This document shows positions 28,162 to 38,592 of a stretch of 64,000 nt of DNA, piece by piece (positions within the stretch are counted from its first letter, which is position 1; each line of letters begins with the position of its first letter). The notes under the pieces were generated by a model. It was not told the DNA's origin, did not search any database, and saw only the letters and a list, made by a program, of their open reading frames with translations. The stretch comes from a bacterium (GTDB lineage: Bacteria > Omnitrophota > Gorgyraeia > Zapsychrales > Zapsychraceae). The translations under genes and the position numbers were made by a program. The DNA lies in NCBI GenBank assembly GCA_030429765.1, contig JAUIER010000006.1, forward strand, positions 23,925-87,924. The letters run 5' to 3'.

Positions 28162-28962
28162 CTATACGTAAATTTCCTTTAGATTTATAACATCTTCAAA
28201 CAAGACGCTATTTAAACTTCCAAGTATTGCCTTTGCATTGTCCTTGCCACCGCAACAACCATGTTCCAAACAAATTGTCACAAAGGGCGCCCTTTTTATT
28301 ATTATCTTAATAAACTTCAAATTAGTCCATCCATTCATTTCCACGTCTTCAGCTGTTGGACTAAATTCATCCTGGTAAAAACTCCTCTGCCATGGAAAAG
28401 TCTTCCCTCTCCATGAAAACGTAAAGTAATCACAATCAATGTCTAACAAAATGGGAGCCGACCTCAAACTTTTTTTGCTCCAATCCCAACCTACTATAGA
28501 ATTGATTGGATGTTCCGAATTTACATGATCACCAAATTGTCCACGAGAAGCCAATTCTCCTTCCAAACAGGATAACCTATAGATTTTTTCCCGGTGTCGC
28601 TCTGTCCCACTTTGTGATCCCTCATGAAACGTCACACTATTGCCAACTAGCTCCACATCCGTTGCAAAGGTTAACCAATCATCATCATTCTGCCTTAATT
28701 TGGTTCTGGCAAATTCGAATACGCCATTAAAATCCTCAATAGTACTGTAAATACCCTGTATTCCAGAGTCGCACTCAACTGCGTCCATATGTGCATCAAA
28801 TCTAATCATATCAATGCCTGGAGATATTACTTCCAATTTCTGTGCTAGCCATAGAACCGGAATCACAAACCGATGGTCTTCAAAGACTATGATCGGCTTT
28901 TCATTTAGCATATAAACATTGTAGTATGAGTGATCCCTAAGCTTTTTGACAAAGTCAACCAT
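28162..28962 (-). CDS. UPF0489-family (arginase/deacetylase-like fold) protein
   Basis: FEDH, FDAHMD, LDIDCDYF, TICLE..CCGG; ATG 28962 four bases after the hsdR stop. Confidence 0.65.
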   Translation of the reverse strand: MVDFVKKLRDHSYYNVYMLNEKPIIVFEDHRFVIPVLWLAQKLEVISPGIDMIRFDAHMDAVECDSGIQGIYSTIEDFNGVFEFARTKLRQNDDDWLTFATDVELVGNSVTFHEGSQSGTERHREKIYRLSCLEGELASRGQFGDHVNSEHPINSIVGWDWSKKSLRSAPILLDIDCDYFTFSWRGKTFPWQRSFYQDEFSPTAEDVEMNGWTNLKFIKIIIKRAPFVTICLEHGCCGGKDNAKAILGSLNSVLFEDVINLKEIYV

Positions 28963-28966
28963 AAGA

Positions 28967-31900
28967 TTATTCCCTCTCCCCCTTAAACATCTGCAACAAA
29001 TCAAACACAACCCGTGCAAATCCCTTAGCGACTTTTGGATTGGACATGAGCTGTTTCATCTGATTTTGATGAGCATCGCTGCTGTCTAATACCGCTTCAT
29101 CAACAGCTCGGGCAAAATCACCCAGTAGGGCTTGTTCAGGCGTATTATTTGCGATTTGTTTCATGACCAACTCATTCTCACTAACCTTATCTCTAATCGT
29201 ATAGGCGTAATTAACCAAGTCTTTATCCGTTAATTGATCAGTCACGAACAATTCATTTAATCGTTCTATTATCTGGGACAAAAATTCTTCATCTTTAGAT
29301 TTAGGTTTAGCACTTCCAAATCCAGTCCCTGGTCGCAGCTTATATTCAGCAGAATCCTCCTTGGTTAACTCTAGATCCTGCTCTGAAATCTTTGAGAGAC
29401 GATAATGACTTAACTCAACACCTGACATATCTACGTCTTCGGACATATCTGTAACCTCTCGTAACATCGGACGTAAGTGTCGTGCAAACAAACTCAACAT
29501 TTCTAATGATTTGTCATCATAATCCACAATCTGAGATAAAAATTCGTATTGTCGAACATAAGTTCCTAGATCCTTCTTAAAAATATCTAATGAATCCAGA
29601 CTCTTTTGACATTCCTTCAGATTCCCATCCGCATTGGATATTTGAACATTGTCTCCTGCTTTGATAGCCTTCGCTAAATCATTTTTAGCGCCGCGATATT
29701 TTTCCATGGCCTCTAAATACCGATTGCGCCAGCGATCCACCGCAGGTTTACACACATTAATCAGTGCGGCCTGACTCTTACTCTTCTGAAAAAATGCATC
29801 ACAAAATTGTTCAACCTCGCTCCATAAAAATACTTTACTAGCCCGAAGCTTGTCAAAAATGTCGTAAATCTGATTTGGATCGGATACATCAGATAATTCC
29901 GCAGTTTTGTAGAAAGGCTTAAAAGATTCAAGGATTTCCTCAGGCTTATTCACAAAATCTAAAATATATACTCCTTGCTCCGTCTTCCCCGGATAAACCC
30001 GATTGAGGCGTGATAAGGTCTGCACACAATCCACACCGAAGAGCTTTCGATCCACGTACATAGCGCACAATTTGGGTTGGTCAAATCCCGTCTGAAATTT
30101 ATTGGCCACAATCATGACCTGAAAATGAGATGTATCAAATGCGTCGCGCATATCTCGTTTCTTTAACATCGGATTCATACTGGCTTCGGTGAATTTTTCG
30201 CCAAGCAAACCTTCGCTGTTTGGATCATTCTCGTTGAATTCAACCTCACCTGAAAAAGCCACCATCGCCTCAATCTTTGTATATCCATGTTCTGCTATAT
30301 ACTTGTCAAAACCTAACTTATAGCGCACCGCCTCTTTTCGTGATCCGGTTATGACCATGGCCTTGGCCTGTCCGCCCAACTGCGTCATTACCTTATTTTT
30401 GAAATGTTCGATAACTACCTGAACCTTTTGGGCAATATTGTAATCATGCAGCTTAACCCATTGATTGAGCTTCACCTTGGCTTTTCGTGATTCAACTTGT
30501 TGATCAGCGCTTTTGGCGCTTAAGGCCAGCTTGCGCGCGACTTCATAGTTGGTGTAGTTTTTCAACACATCGAGGATAAATCCTTCCTCTATGGCCTGTC
30601 GCATACTATAGATGTGAAATGGCGTTGGCAAATTTGCAGCTGATAGGGGTTCACTCGTATTTGGAACCCGACCAAACAATTCTAGTGTCTTTGGCTTTGG
30701 CGTGGCCGTAAAGGCAAAATAGCTTAAGTTTTTCGAGAATCGACGAGCCCCTAATGTACGTTCCAATATCTCATCAGTAGTCAACTCCTCATCACCCGTT
30801 TCCTCAATCATCAAAACTTCTTTTAGTTTTCGAGCCGTCATACCAGTTTGCGAAGAATGAGCCTCGTCCGCAATCACGGCAAAGCTTCGTTTCTTCAAAT
30901 TGACACTATTTTCAATAGCCTTTAAAACAAACGGAAATGTCTGAATCGTCACAATTATGATGGGTTGCGATGCCTCTAACGCACTCGCTAACTTTTCGGA
31001 CTTAGAACCATCTCCTTCTTTATTATTAATTCGAGCTACCACCCCATCAACATGTTCAAATTGATAAACTGTATCTTGGATTTGTGAATCCAGAACAGTT
31101 CTATCTGTCACAATGATCACCGAATCATATTGTTTACTTCCACTACCAGTATATAAACTCGACAATTGATGAGCCGTCCAAGCAATTGAATTTGATTTTC
31201 CTGACCCCGCACTATGTTGAATTAAATACTTATGCCCTGGTCCTTCGGTTCGTGCGGCATGAATTAACTTATTCACAGCATCCCATTGATGATACCTGGG
31301 AAAGATCATCGTCTCGACTTTATACTTGCGACCATCCCAGTCTTCCTTTTCTTCAATTTGGAGATGGATAAATCTAGCCAAAATGGTCATCAAATTGTCT
31401 GGTAACAATATTTCATTCCACAGGTAGTCTGTGGCATATTGACCTTGATCTGTAGGAACATCATTTCCTGCCCCACCCTCCTTCGTTCCTTTGTTAAAAG
31501 GCAGAAAATATGTATCCTCTCCCTTTAGTTGAGTCGTCATAAACACTTCATATTGACTAACGGCAAAGTGAACCAGTGCACCGCGCTTAAATGTCAACAA
31601 AGGCTCAGGCTTCTTAGCCACCGGATCTACAGGCAAACGAGTTGTTTTATATTGCTTAATCGCATTCAGAGTGGCTTGTTTAAATTCAGATTTTAGCTCC
31701 AAGGTCACAACGGGAATACCATTCACAAATAAGACCAAATCAATTCGCCACTTCTTGGCTCGAACTCCGGTTTCGACTTCATACTCGTCCGTTGCCCATG
31801 GCGAGTACACCAACTCGGGCACTACCCTGAATCGATTCTTCTTATATTTCGCCAACGTAACGGGATTCAAACCATGCTCTGGCTTAAACTGGCACAAACT

Positions 31901-32239
31901 AAAACGAGCGCCTCTATCTTTTAAGTCATGCCGCAGGACACCTAAGGTGCCGAAAGTTCTTAGCTCCTTATTTGCTGCATTGGGATCAGCTTTATTCAAC
32001 TGAGATGCCACTCGTTCTAAGAATTTTTGTTCAGTTTCTTTGGGATAAATTTTGGAAAATTTCTGCCACTGTTCATCCTGAGTCTCCTTGACAAAACCAA
32101 TCAAATCCTCAGAGTACAGAGCCAAACGCCTATCATACCCTTCAGGTTTACCCAGCTGCCATCCATTCACGATGAGCTGACTAATCATATCGTTCTGAAA
32201 AATATACTCGGTTGATTTGTCACCACCATATACGCTCAT
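28967..32239 (-). CDS. hsdR: Type I restriction endonuclease subunit R
   Basis: RIDLVLFVNGIPVVTLELK, QHSAGSGKS, DEAH, FTATP, QTGFDQP, QTLSRLNR. Confidence 0.95.
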   Translation of the reverse strand: MSVYGGDKSTEYIFQNDMISQLIVNGWQLGKPEGYDRRLALYSEDLIGFVKETQDEQWQKFSKIYPKETEQKFLERVASQLNKADPNAANKELRTFGTLGVLRHDLKDRGARFSLCQFKPEHGLNPVTLAKYKKNRFRVVPELVYSPWATDEYEVETGVRAKKWRIDLVLFVNGIPVVTLELKSEFKQATLNAIKQYKTTRLPVDPVAKKPEPLLTFKRGALVHFAVSQYEVFMTTQLKGEDTYFLPFNKGTKEGGAGNDVPTDQGQYATDYLWNEILLPDNLMTILARFIHLQIEEKEDWDGRKYKVETMIFPRYHQWDAVNKLIHAARTEGPGHKYLIQHSAGSGKSNSIAWTAHQLSSLYTGSGSKQYDSVIIVTDRTVLDSQIQDTVYQFEHVDGVVARINNKEGDGSKSEKLASALEASQPIIIVTIQTFPFVLKAIENSVNLKKRSFAVIADEAHSSQTGMTARKLKEVLMIEETGDEELTTDEILERTLGARRFSKNLSYFAFTATPKPKTLELFGRVPNTSEPLSAANLPTPFHIYSMRQAIEEGFILDVLKNYTNYEVARKLALSAKSADQQVESRKAKVKLNQWVKLHDYNIAQKVQVVIEHFKNKVMTQLGGQAKAMVITGSRKEAVRYKLGFDKYIAEHGYTKIEAMVAFSGEVEFNENDPNSEGLLGEKFTEASMNPMLKKRDMRDAFDTSHFQVMIVANKFQTGFDQPKLCAMYVDRKLFGVDCVQTLSRLNRVYPGKTEQGVYILDFVNKPEEILESFKPFYKTAELSDVSDPNQIYDIFDKLRASKVFLWSEVEQFCDAFFQKSKSQAALINVCKPAVDRWRNRYLEAMEKYRGAKNDLAKAIKAGDNVQISNADGNLKECQKSLDSLDIFKKDLGTYVRQYEFLSQIVDYDDKSLEMLSLFARHLRPMLREVTDMSEDVDMSGVELSHYRLSKISEQDLELTKEDSAEYKLRPGTGFGSAKPKSKDEEFLSQIIERLNELFVTDQLTDKDLVNYAYTIRDKVSENELVMKQIANNTPEQALLGDFARAVDEAVLDSSDAHQNQMKQLMSNPKVAKGFARVVFDLLQMFKGERE

Positions 32240-33600
32240 GCGACTAATTCCTCAGATTGTTTTGTTTGCTTAGGCGGTGTCCAGCTGCGAACATCAATTT
32301 TACCTGTAACGGCTGCGACAATTAGAGCTGTACGACGCTCTCTTAGCAGCTCAATTTGATCATTTGCCCTACGCATTAAATGATCATATTTTATATCAGC
32401 CACCTCTGTATACTTAGCAATCTCATGTTGCTCCTCTATCGGTGGAACTGTCACCTTTACAGTTTTAACGTAATTGCAATTTAAATGAGGGTGCAGAGCA
32501 CCAGTTTGGATTGACTTCAAACTATGAAACCCGTAATCTGAATTAAGTAACCATGAAAGATAGAAGCCATTTATTTCGTCAGTTGTAGCAATAATTATTA
32601 GTGCGTGACAGTTACAGCCTTCAAACTCTTTAGTAACGGCAGCTACCTGTCCAATATCTCCTGTCTGAACAACTAAGACATCCCCTTCCGCAAGAATTGA
32701 TTTCTGTTTACTGTCACTCCATTCTTCACTTACAAAGTAAGGTGTATGAAAGTCGATTTTATTTTTTTTAATATGCAGTGACTGAAGATAACGAACTCCA
32801 CTGTCATAAAATATATCTCGCGTTGGACCTACATAACCATTTGTAATTTTATTACTCAAAGAAGAAATGGATGCAACGTCCCAATGCTCAGGCACTTCGC
32901 CTAACCACTCTATACCTGAGTCACGCATTGGGACGTTAGGGTTAAGCCCTTTGGTGACGGCATGACTGATCACAGCCTGGCGTTTTTCCTTTAGCAGTTT
33001 GATCAGCTGTTGTTGCTTTTCGATCAGCGTGTCGATTTTAGCGGTTTCGTGGTCGAGAAATTTAGCGATTTTTTGTTGTTCACCATAGGTAGGTTCAGGA
33101 ACCTTTATATTTACCAAGTCAGAAGCATTGATAGCTGGATAGCTAATGCCAACAGACTGCGCGACAACCGCCTTAATGAATCCGCTAGCTCTTAAACAAT
33201 AAGCAGCATATCCTTTGTGCAACAATCTATTTGGTCGAATCACAGCAAATCCTGTCGAAACAATTAGATTCTTAGGTGGGCTATTAATCGGTGAGATTGC
33301 TTCTAAATAAGTTCTAACCGTTGAAACAATTACATCACCGTCACGCACGATCCGTCGTGCACGAGAAGGAGCCTTCCCAAAAGTCATACTTTCTGTTTTC
33401 GTAATGCCTTCAGTCGCAGAGACACTTCCTATATCTACATATTCAATTTCATATTCGTAACTAACGGAATCAGCCAATACTTCATCATTATAGGTACATA
33501 AAAATTTAAGTTGCTTTGAACTCCAATGAGAAGGCGTATACCCCAACCACTCAACGCCGGAATCCCTATATTTAGAATAAGCCTGATACTTATTCGACAT
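32236..33600 (-). CDS. hsdS: Type I R-M specificity subunit S
   Basis: Two TRDs with DSG(V/I)EWLG, P..EQ..I and AVT(K)G conserved regions. Confidence 0.95.
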   Translation of the reverse strand: MSNKYQAYSKYRDSGVEWLGYTPSHWSSKQLKFLCTYNDEVLADSVSYEYEIEYVDIGSVSATEGITKTESMTFGKAPSRARRIVRDGDVIVSTVRTYLEAISPINSPPKNLIVSTGFAVIRPNRLLHKGYAAYCLRASGFIKAVVAQSVGISYPAINASDLVNIKVPEPTYGEQQKIAKFLDHETAKIDTLIEKQQQLIKLLKEKRQAVISHAVTKGLNPNVPMRDSGIEWLGEVPEHWDVASISSLSNKITNGYVGPTRDIFYDSGVRYLQSLHIKKNKIDFHTPYFVSEEWSDSKQKSILAEGDVLVVQTGDIGQVAAVTKEFEGCNCHALIIIATTDEINGFYLSWLLNSDYGFHSLKSIQTGALHPHLNCNYVKTVKVTVPPIEEQHEIAKYTEVADIKYDHLMRRANDQIELLRERRTALIVAAVTGKIDVRSWTPPKQTKQSEELVA

Positions 33601-35930
33601 TACGAATGTACCTCGCTTAGAAGATTCATAATCTCGGCACTCACCATATCCAAATCCGCATCAATTTCTTTCAAATCTCTTGGTGGTTCATATTGATAAA
33701 AATGGCGATTAAATGGTATCTCATATCCAATAATACCCACCTCCTGATCTTTATCATCCTTCTTGCTAGCATCAATCCAGGCATCAGGCACATGGGGTTG
33801 TACTTCTTTTTTGAAATAGGCTTCGTTTAGGTCATTTACCGATTGGCTTGGATCTAGGGCAACGTTTTCATAATCTCGCAGATCACCATCGGCTTTGTAT
33901 TCAATGATTTGTCCATCAACTTCAAATAGACCATACATCGGATTAGCTTTACCCTTGTGAACTTTTTTGATCACCTTCTCGGCATCCGGATTCTTCCAGC
34001 TCACGGCAGCGATGATTTGCTTTTTCTCTTTAGCATCTAAACTAACTCCCCGCTTTTTGCAGGCCGCTTTGAGTGTATTTTCCAACCCGTTCATATCATC
34101 GTGCTGTGCTTTCCCAATAGCCTGTTGTAACTGCTTGGCCTTGATAAGAATCTTTCTTTGCGCAACCCAAACATCCTTATCCAGCAGATTTTTAATCTGT
34201 TTTTCTTTGAGTTCACTAAAGTGGCTTTTGACATACGCACGGATTTCAACGGAATGTTCAGCCAACACACCATAGCCTTTGCAGTCTTTATCGTCTTTCC
34301 ACCCTTGCCCAAATTGTTTATACACCCACTTCATCGGCCCATTTAACGGTTTGTTGGCAAAGCGTAGTTCGGCAATACGCTCATCACTAAATTGATAGCT
34401 CTCGCGTAAAGGCCGTTCAATGGTGATACGCCGGTAACCAAATTCATGAGTGGCGAAGATTTTACTGGCAAAGGTTTTGGGGGCTTCTTTTTTTGGATTT
34501 TCCGATTGCCTACCACGATTACTTTTTTGATCAGTAGGCTTGTCTAACTCGCGGGAATCCACCACTTCAAAGGCCCCAAAGGTACGGGTTATGATGGCGA
34601 TGTCGGATTCATCCATGACATTACGTTTAGAGCCTAAAGATTTACGCATCTTGCCGTAAAGGTTAATTCCGTTAATAAGTTGCACTTTCCCTTTACGTTC
34701 TTTGGTTTTCTTATTGGAAAGAATCCATACGTAAGTTGCAATACCTGTGTTGTAAAACATATCCGTCGGTAGGGCTACGATCGCTTCCAACAAATCAGAC
34801 TCCAAGATATATCGACGTATCTCAGATTCGCCGGAACCAGCTCCACCCGTAAACAGTGGTGAACCATTTAGAATAATACCGATACGTCCTCCTCCATCCT
34901 TGCTATCACGCATTTTCTTAATGAGATGTAATAAAAACAATAGCGATCCGTCTGATACTCGTGGCAATCCAGGCCCAAAGCGTCCGTCGTATCCTTTAAT
35001 ATTATGCTCGTCTTTGATATCCGATTCGATTTTCTTCCAATCCACACCAAACGGCGGGTTGGATAACATATAATCAAACTTATCAGCGTAAAGTTGGTCA
35101 TTAGACAAAGTATTCCCCAGCTTGATATTCTCAACGTCTTGCCCTTTGATTAACATATCTGCCTTGCAGATTGCGAAACTTTCTGGATTCAATTCCTGTC
35201 CATAAGCCTTAATTACACCCTCAGGATTTAGTTCATGAACATACTCCATACCAGAAGAAAGAAAGCCCCCAGTACCAGCGGTGGGGTCGTATATTGTACG
35301 GATAATGCCTGGCTTCGTGAGAGCCTCATCATCCTCCATGAACACCAAGGAAGTCGTTAATCGGACAATATCTCGCGGGGTAAAATGCTCTCCCGCTGTT
35401 TCATTGGAACTTTCAGCAAATCTTCGAATTAACTCTTCGAATACCAACCCCATTTCATGATTTGTAATTGCTTTGGGGCTTAAGTCTGTATTCTTGACTC
35501 TTTGGACGACCTTGTATAGTAAATTAGCATCATGCAACTGACCGATAAATTCAGAAAAATTGAAGTACTCAAATATTTCGCGTGCATCACGAGAAAAGCA
35601 TTGAATATAGCTTTCCAGATTTTCTTTGATACTAGCCTCACCTAATTTAGAAAGGTCCATTTGTGAAGTATTGTAGAAGGTCAGTTTTTTACGCTTGCAA
35701 GCCTTATTCAAAAGCCACTTTTCTTCGGCTTCTTCGTTCAAGTTCATTGATTTGACCTTTTCATATTCGGCCAAAACTTTAGGTTTACTGCTCTCCAGTA
35801 CGCATTCCAGACGACGTAATAGTGTAAAAGGCAAAATAATCCGCCCATATTGACTTTGCTTGAAATCACCACGAAGCAAATCTGCCAACGACCAAATGTA
35901 CGCGGCTAGATTGTTTGTAGATTGAGCCAT
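33600..35930 (-). CDS. hsdM: Type I R-M N6-adenine methyltransferase subunit M
   Basis: [35 protein letters not shown]. Confidence 0.96.
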   Translation of the reverse strand: MAQSTNNLAAYIWSLADLLRGDFKQSQYGRIILPFTLLRRLECVLESSKPKVLAEYEKVKSMNLNEEAEEKWLLNKACKRKKLTFYNTSQMDLSKLGEASIKENLESYIQCFSRDAREIFEYFNFSEFIGQLHDANLLYKVVQRVKNTDLSPKAITNHEMGLVFEELIRRFAESSNETAGEHFTPRDIVRLTTSLVFMEDDEALTKPGIIRTIYDPTAGTGGFLSSGMEYVHELNPEGVIKAYGQELNPESFAICKADMLIKGQDVENIKLGNTLSNDQLYADKFDYMLSNPPFGVDWKKIESDIKDEHNIKGYDGRFGPGLPRVSDGSLLFLLHLIKKMRDSKDGGGRIGIILNGSPLFTGGAGSGESEIRRYILESDLLEAIVALPTDMFYNTGIATYVWILSNKKTKERKGKVQLINGINLYGKMRKSLGSKRNVMDESDIAIITRTFGAFEVVDSRELDKPTDQKSNRGRQSENPKKEAPKTFASKIFATHEFGYRRITIERPLRESYQFSDERIAELRFANKPLNGPMKWVYKQFGQGWKDDKDCKGYGVLAEHSVEIRAYVKSHFSELKEKQIKNLLDKDVWVAQRKILIKAKQLQQAIGKAQHDDMNGLENTLKAACKKRGVSLDAKEKKQIIAAVSWKNPDAEKVIKKVHKGKANPMYGLFEVDGQIIEYKADGDLRDYENVALDPSQSVNDLNEAYFKKEVQPHVPDAWIDASKKDDKDQEVGIIGYEIPFNRHFYQYEPPRDLKEIDADLDMVSAEIMNLLSEVHS

Positions 35931-36125
35931 CCCGTGTCTTCCCCGTAGAATAATAATGTTAAATATTATCTAATTATATTAAATAGAATCTACTTAGCAA
36001 GCAATGTCTCGGATACATCAGCGGTGAACACTCTATGGGGCCCCCAAACCATATGGAACCTTAGCTCCATTCCCAATATGGGGATGGCCGGTCTCAAAAA
36101 AGGGACCCATTTTAAAAAATATATT

Positions 36126-36187
36126 TGGTGTCCATTTGGTGTCCACAGAAATGATAAATGGTAGTAAATGGTGTCTATTGGTGTCCA
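36126..36187 (+). repeat. Phased TGGTGTCCA direct repeats (integrase arm-site-like)
   Basis: Copies at 36126, 36137, 36169 (TGGTGTCTA) and 36179; paired at 11- and 10-bp spacing. Confidence 0.7.
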
Positions 36188-36232
36188 AAAGGCAGGATTG
36201 AAATCATACCCACAATCACTCAAGTGAAAGTG

Positions 36233-36556
36233 TTAATAGAAAATAAAAAAGGCTAAATCATTATTGCTTAATGACTTAGCCTTTTTAAATGAATCAGTCA
36301 CGCCCTCCCCCGTAATCAACCGCTTTTTGAGGAAGGCTCGGCCGGAGTGGGATTTTAAGTAAGTCTCAAACCTGGCCGCGACTTTATCATCCGTGAAGCA
36401 GACATGCGTTTCCAGCCGCCACGGGGCAAAACGTCTGGTGTAAGCTGATTTAGAGGGATTCTGATGTTGTTTAAGGCGTCGTTCAAGATTATCCGTTAGC
36501 CCGATGTAAAATTTGTCCGGATGCAAAATACTTCGCAGGATATAGACATATTTCAT
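36233..36556 (-). CDS. Small GIY-YIG endonuclease-family protein
   Basis: YVYILRS...FYIGLT..LERRL.QH...FETYLKS.SGRAF; GAGGAG RBS. Confidence 0.9.
   Translation of the reverse strand: MKYVYILRSILHPDKFYIGLTDNLERRLKQHQNPSKSAYTRRFAPWRLETHVCFTDDKVAARFETYLKSHSGRAFLKKRLITGEGVTDSFKKAKSLSNNDLAFFIFY
36245..36286. terminator. Hairpin AAAAAAGGCTAAATCATTA-ttgct-TAATGACTTAGCCTTTTT
   Basis: Near-perfect inverted repeat inside the atypical GIY-YIG C-terminal extension. Confidence 0.65.
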
Positions 36557-36569
36557 TTGTCTCCTCGGA

Positions 36570-36966
36570 GGGAAATCGATGTGATTGGGGGAAATAGGTT
36601 AATGACCCGGCTTCGTTGACTGTGGGGACGTTCAACTTCGCCGGACTACAGTCTTCGTTGACTGCGGATAATTAAAAAACCTGGCTCAGCCAAACAGAAG
36701 CTAGACCAAACTCCAACACAAAAGCACAAGAATGGGCCTCATGATGATGTGAACTTCGGTCTACATGTATTTACGTAACACTGTCCAACCGATTCCAGAT
36801 AATCGCGTGGATGGATACTCAAATATTTATGCATATGCTTACCTAAGGCGGGAAATCGATGTGATTGGGGGAAATAGGTTAACGGCCCGGCTTCGTTGAA
36901 TGTGGGGACGTTCAACTTCGCCGGACTACAGTCTTCGTTGACTGCGGATAAACAAAAACCTGGCTC
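36570..36966. repeat. Duplicated ~118-bp segment (36570-36687 and 36850-36966) downstream of tRNA-Asp
   Basis: GGGAAATCGATGTGATTGGGGGAAATAGGTTAA...CTTCGCCGGACTACAGTCTTCGTTGACTGCGGATA...CCTGGCTC, nearly identical, 280 bp apart. Confidence 0.9.
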
Positions 36967-37018
36967 CTCGAACGAGGAGCCAGGCGAAGTTCCAACACGA
37001 AAGTTTTGGAACGAAGAC

Positions 37019-37096
37019 TGGCGGGGTTGACCGGATTTGAACCGGCGACCTCCTGCGTGACAGGCAGGCGTTCTAACCAAACTGAACTACAACCCC
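37019..37096 (-). tRNA. tRNA-Asp (GTC)
   Basis: GGGGTTGTAGTTCAGTTTGGTTAGAACGCCTGCCTGTCACGCAGGAGGTCGCCGGTTCAAATCCGGTCAACCCCGCCA folds as a cloverleaf with encoded CCA. Confidence 0.96.
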
Positions 37097-37273
37097 ATGT
37101 TTCTGCAAATTTATACCGGGAAACATGGGGTTAGTCCCACGTTACTGTTGCCTCGCAATCGTAACCGGGGGAACCCTTCCGCGTCCCTAAAATCAAATCG
37201 GGAATTTTTTTAACTTCAGATACCCGTGAAATTCAAGCCGAAAAATCAGCCGTAAAACCTCAATAGACTGACT

Positions 37274-37301
37274 ATTATACATAAAATTGTTTTGGAGTAA
37301 A
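37274..37301 (-). promoter_or_regulatory. Putative sigma70 promoter for tRNA-Asp
   Basis: TTTACT-N16-TATAAT on the - strand. Confidence 0.45.
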
Positions 37302-37333
37302 CTGTTTTTTTCGGCTGAATTTGAGGCCGGAAT

Positions 37334-37492
37334 TTAGTTGTCTACGGCGTCATCAACCGCTTTTCCGACGTTTTTGAGGGCCTTATCGGCATCCGAGCCC
37401 ATTTGCTCTAACGGTCCTTTTTTCTCGCATCCGATCAATGTTGCGGATACCGCCAGCAAAACCACTACAAATAATGCTGTAAATCGTTTCAT
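37334..37492 (-). CDS. 52-aa lipoprotein (not in ORF track)
   Basis: GGAGGTG RBS; MKRFTALFVVVLLAVSATLIG-CEKKGPLEQMG... lipobox. Confidence 0.8.
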   Translation of the reverse strand: MKRFTALFVVVLLAVSATLIGCEKKGPLEQMGSDADKALKNVGKAVDDAVDN

Positions 37493-37566
37493 ATCTCACC
37501 TCCTGTATTCGTGCTTGATCGACGTTTAGGCCTGTAGTTTAGCAAAAATTCGTGTCGGGTCAATGC

Positions 37567-38592
37567 CTAAGCGCCGCTTTGATAATCAAATTTGTCGTCA
37601 AACTGCTCCATACTTTCGGCGACCTTGCCGGTCTTGTCGAACGTCGCCACATGAAACAGCGCGTCACCCTGGTTGACCAGCGGCATCTGCGTGTTCCCGA
37701 CGATGATCCCCTTGCCCTTGGAAACTATACGAATGTCATTATTACCCAACGGGTCCGAGATCACGCCCAGCACATCTCCGGGACTGACCAGGCTGCCGAG
37801 CTTTTTCTTGATGATCAGGATCCCGCTGTGCGGCGCCCGTTCCCAGTAGCTGTCATTCGTGGTGTACGACTTGACCCGCTTGACGCGTTTAGGGTCCGCG
37901 GGAATCATCTCCAGCGCGCGCATCACCGACAGCACACCGCCGAGTCCGCAGCGGATCGACACCTCGTTATAGCGCAGCGGTTCGCCGCCCTCAAATACCA
38001 GCAGCGGAATATTGCGTTTAAACGCCTCCATCCGCAGCGACCCCTCGATCAAATCCGCGTTCATAATCACCGGCACGTCAAACTCATTGGCCAGCCGGCT
38101 GACCTGCGGATCCTTGAGACACGCGCGGATCTGCGGCAGATTGGTGCGGTGCAGCGAGCCGGTGTGCAAATCAATCCCATGCGTGCATTTGTCGACGATC
38201 TCACTGATAAACAGATGCGCCAGACGCGCGGTCATCGATCCCTTCTTGGCCCCCGGGAAACAGCGATTCAGATCGCGCCGGTCGGGCAGATATCGATTCA
38301 TATTGTTGAATCCGAAGACATTCACGATCGGAATCGCGATCAGCGTGCCCCGTAACTTCTTCAACGCCTTGTTCTTTAACAGGCGTTTGATAATCTCAAT
38401 GCCGTTGACCTCATCGCCGTGAATCGTCGCGCTGACAAACAGCGTCGGTCCATCCTCCTTGCCGCGGATGACCTTAATCGGCATATACATATCGGTAAAA
38501 TCGTAAAGCTTGGCGACGAAGAGATTGATATTCCGGGTTTCCCCGGGCAGGACGGTTTGTCCGCCGATCTGAAATTCGGATGCGTCACTCAT
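37567..38592 (-). CDS. Succinylglutamate desuccinylase/aspartoacylase (M14) family peptidase
   Basis: HGDEVNG, DLNRCFPG, DLHTG, FEGG; biotinyl-lipoyl-like C-terminus. Confidence 0.9.
   Translation of the reverse strand: MSDASEFQIGGQTVLPGETRNINLFVAKLYDFTDMYMPIKVIRGKEDGPTLFVSATIHGDEVNGIEIIKRLLKNKALKKLRGTLIAIPIVNVFGFNNMNRYLPDRRDLNRCFPGAKKGSMTARLAHLFISEIVDKCTHGIDLHTGSLHRTNLPQIRACLKDPQVSRLANEFDVPVIMNADLIEGSLRMEAFKRNIPLLVFEGGEPLRYNEVSIRCGLGGVLSVMRALEMIPADPKRVKRVKSYTTNDSYWERAPHSGILIIKKKLGSLVSPGDVLGVISDPLGNNDIRIVSKGKGIIVGNTQMPLVNQGDALFHVATFDKTGKVAESMEQFDDKFDYQSGA

Noticed and set aside
32236-33600. Phase-variable (invertible) hsdS locus
   Set aside because: Single hsdS; no silent TRDs, recombinase or simple-sequence tract seen.
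35935-35964. dif-like site upstream of hsdM (TAATGTTAAAT)
   Set aside because: No XerC arm at 6-bp spacing; likely chance in AT-rich DNA.
35990-36223. 77-aa ORF in the track
   Set aside because: Its repeated WTP residues simply reflect the TGGTGTCCA DNA repeats; no RBS or family motif.
36739-37080. 113-aa ORF in the track
   Set aside because: Reads through tRNA-Asp and the repeat; only the last 31 codons have a plausible start.
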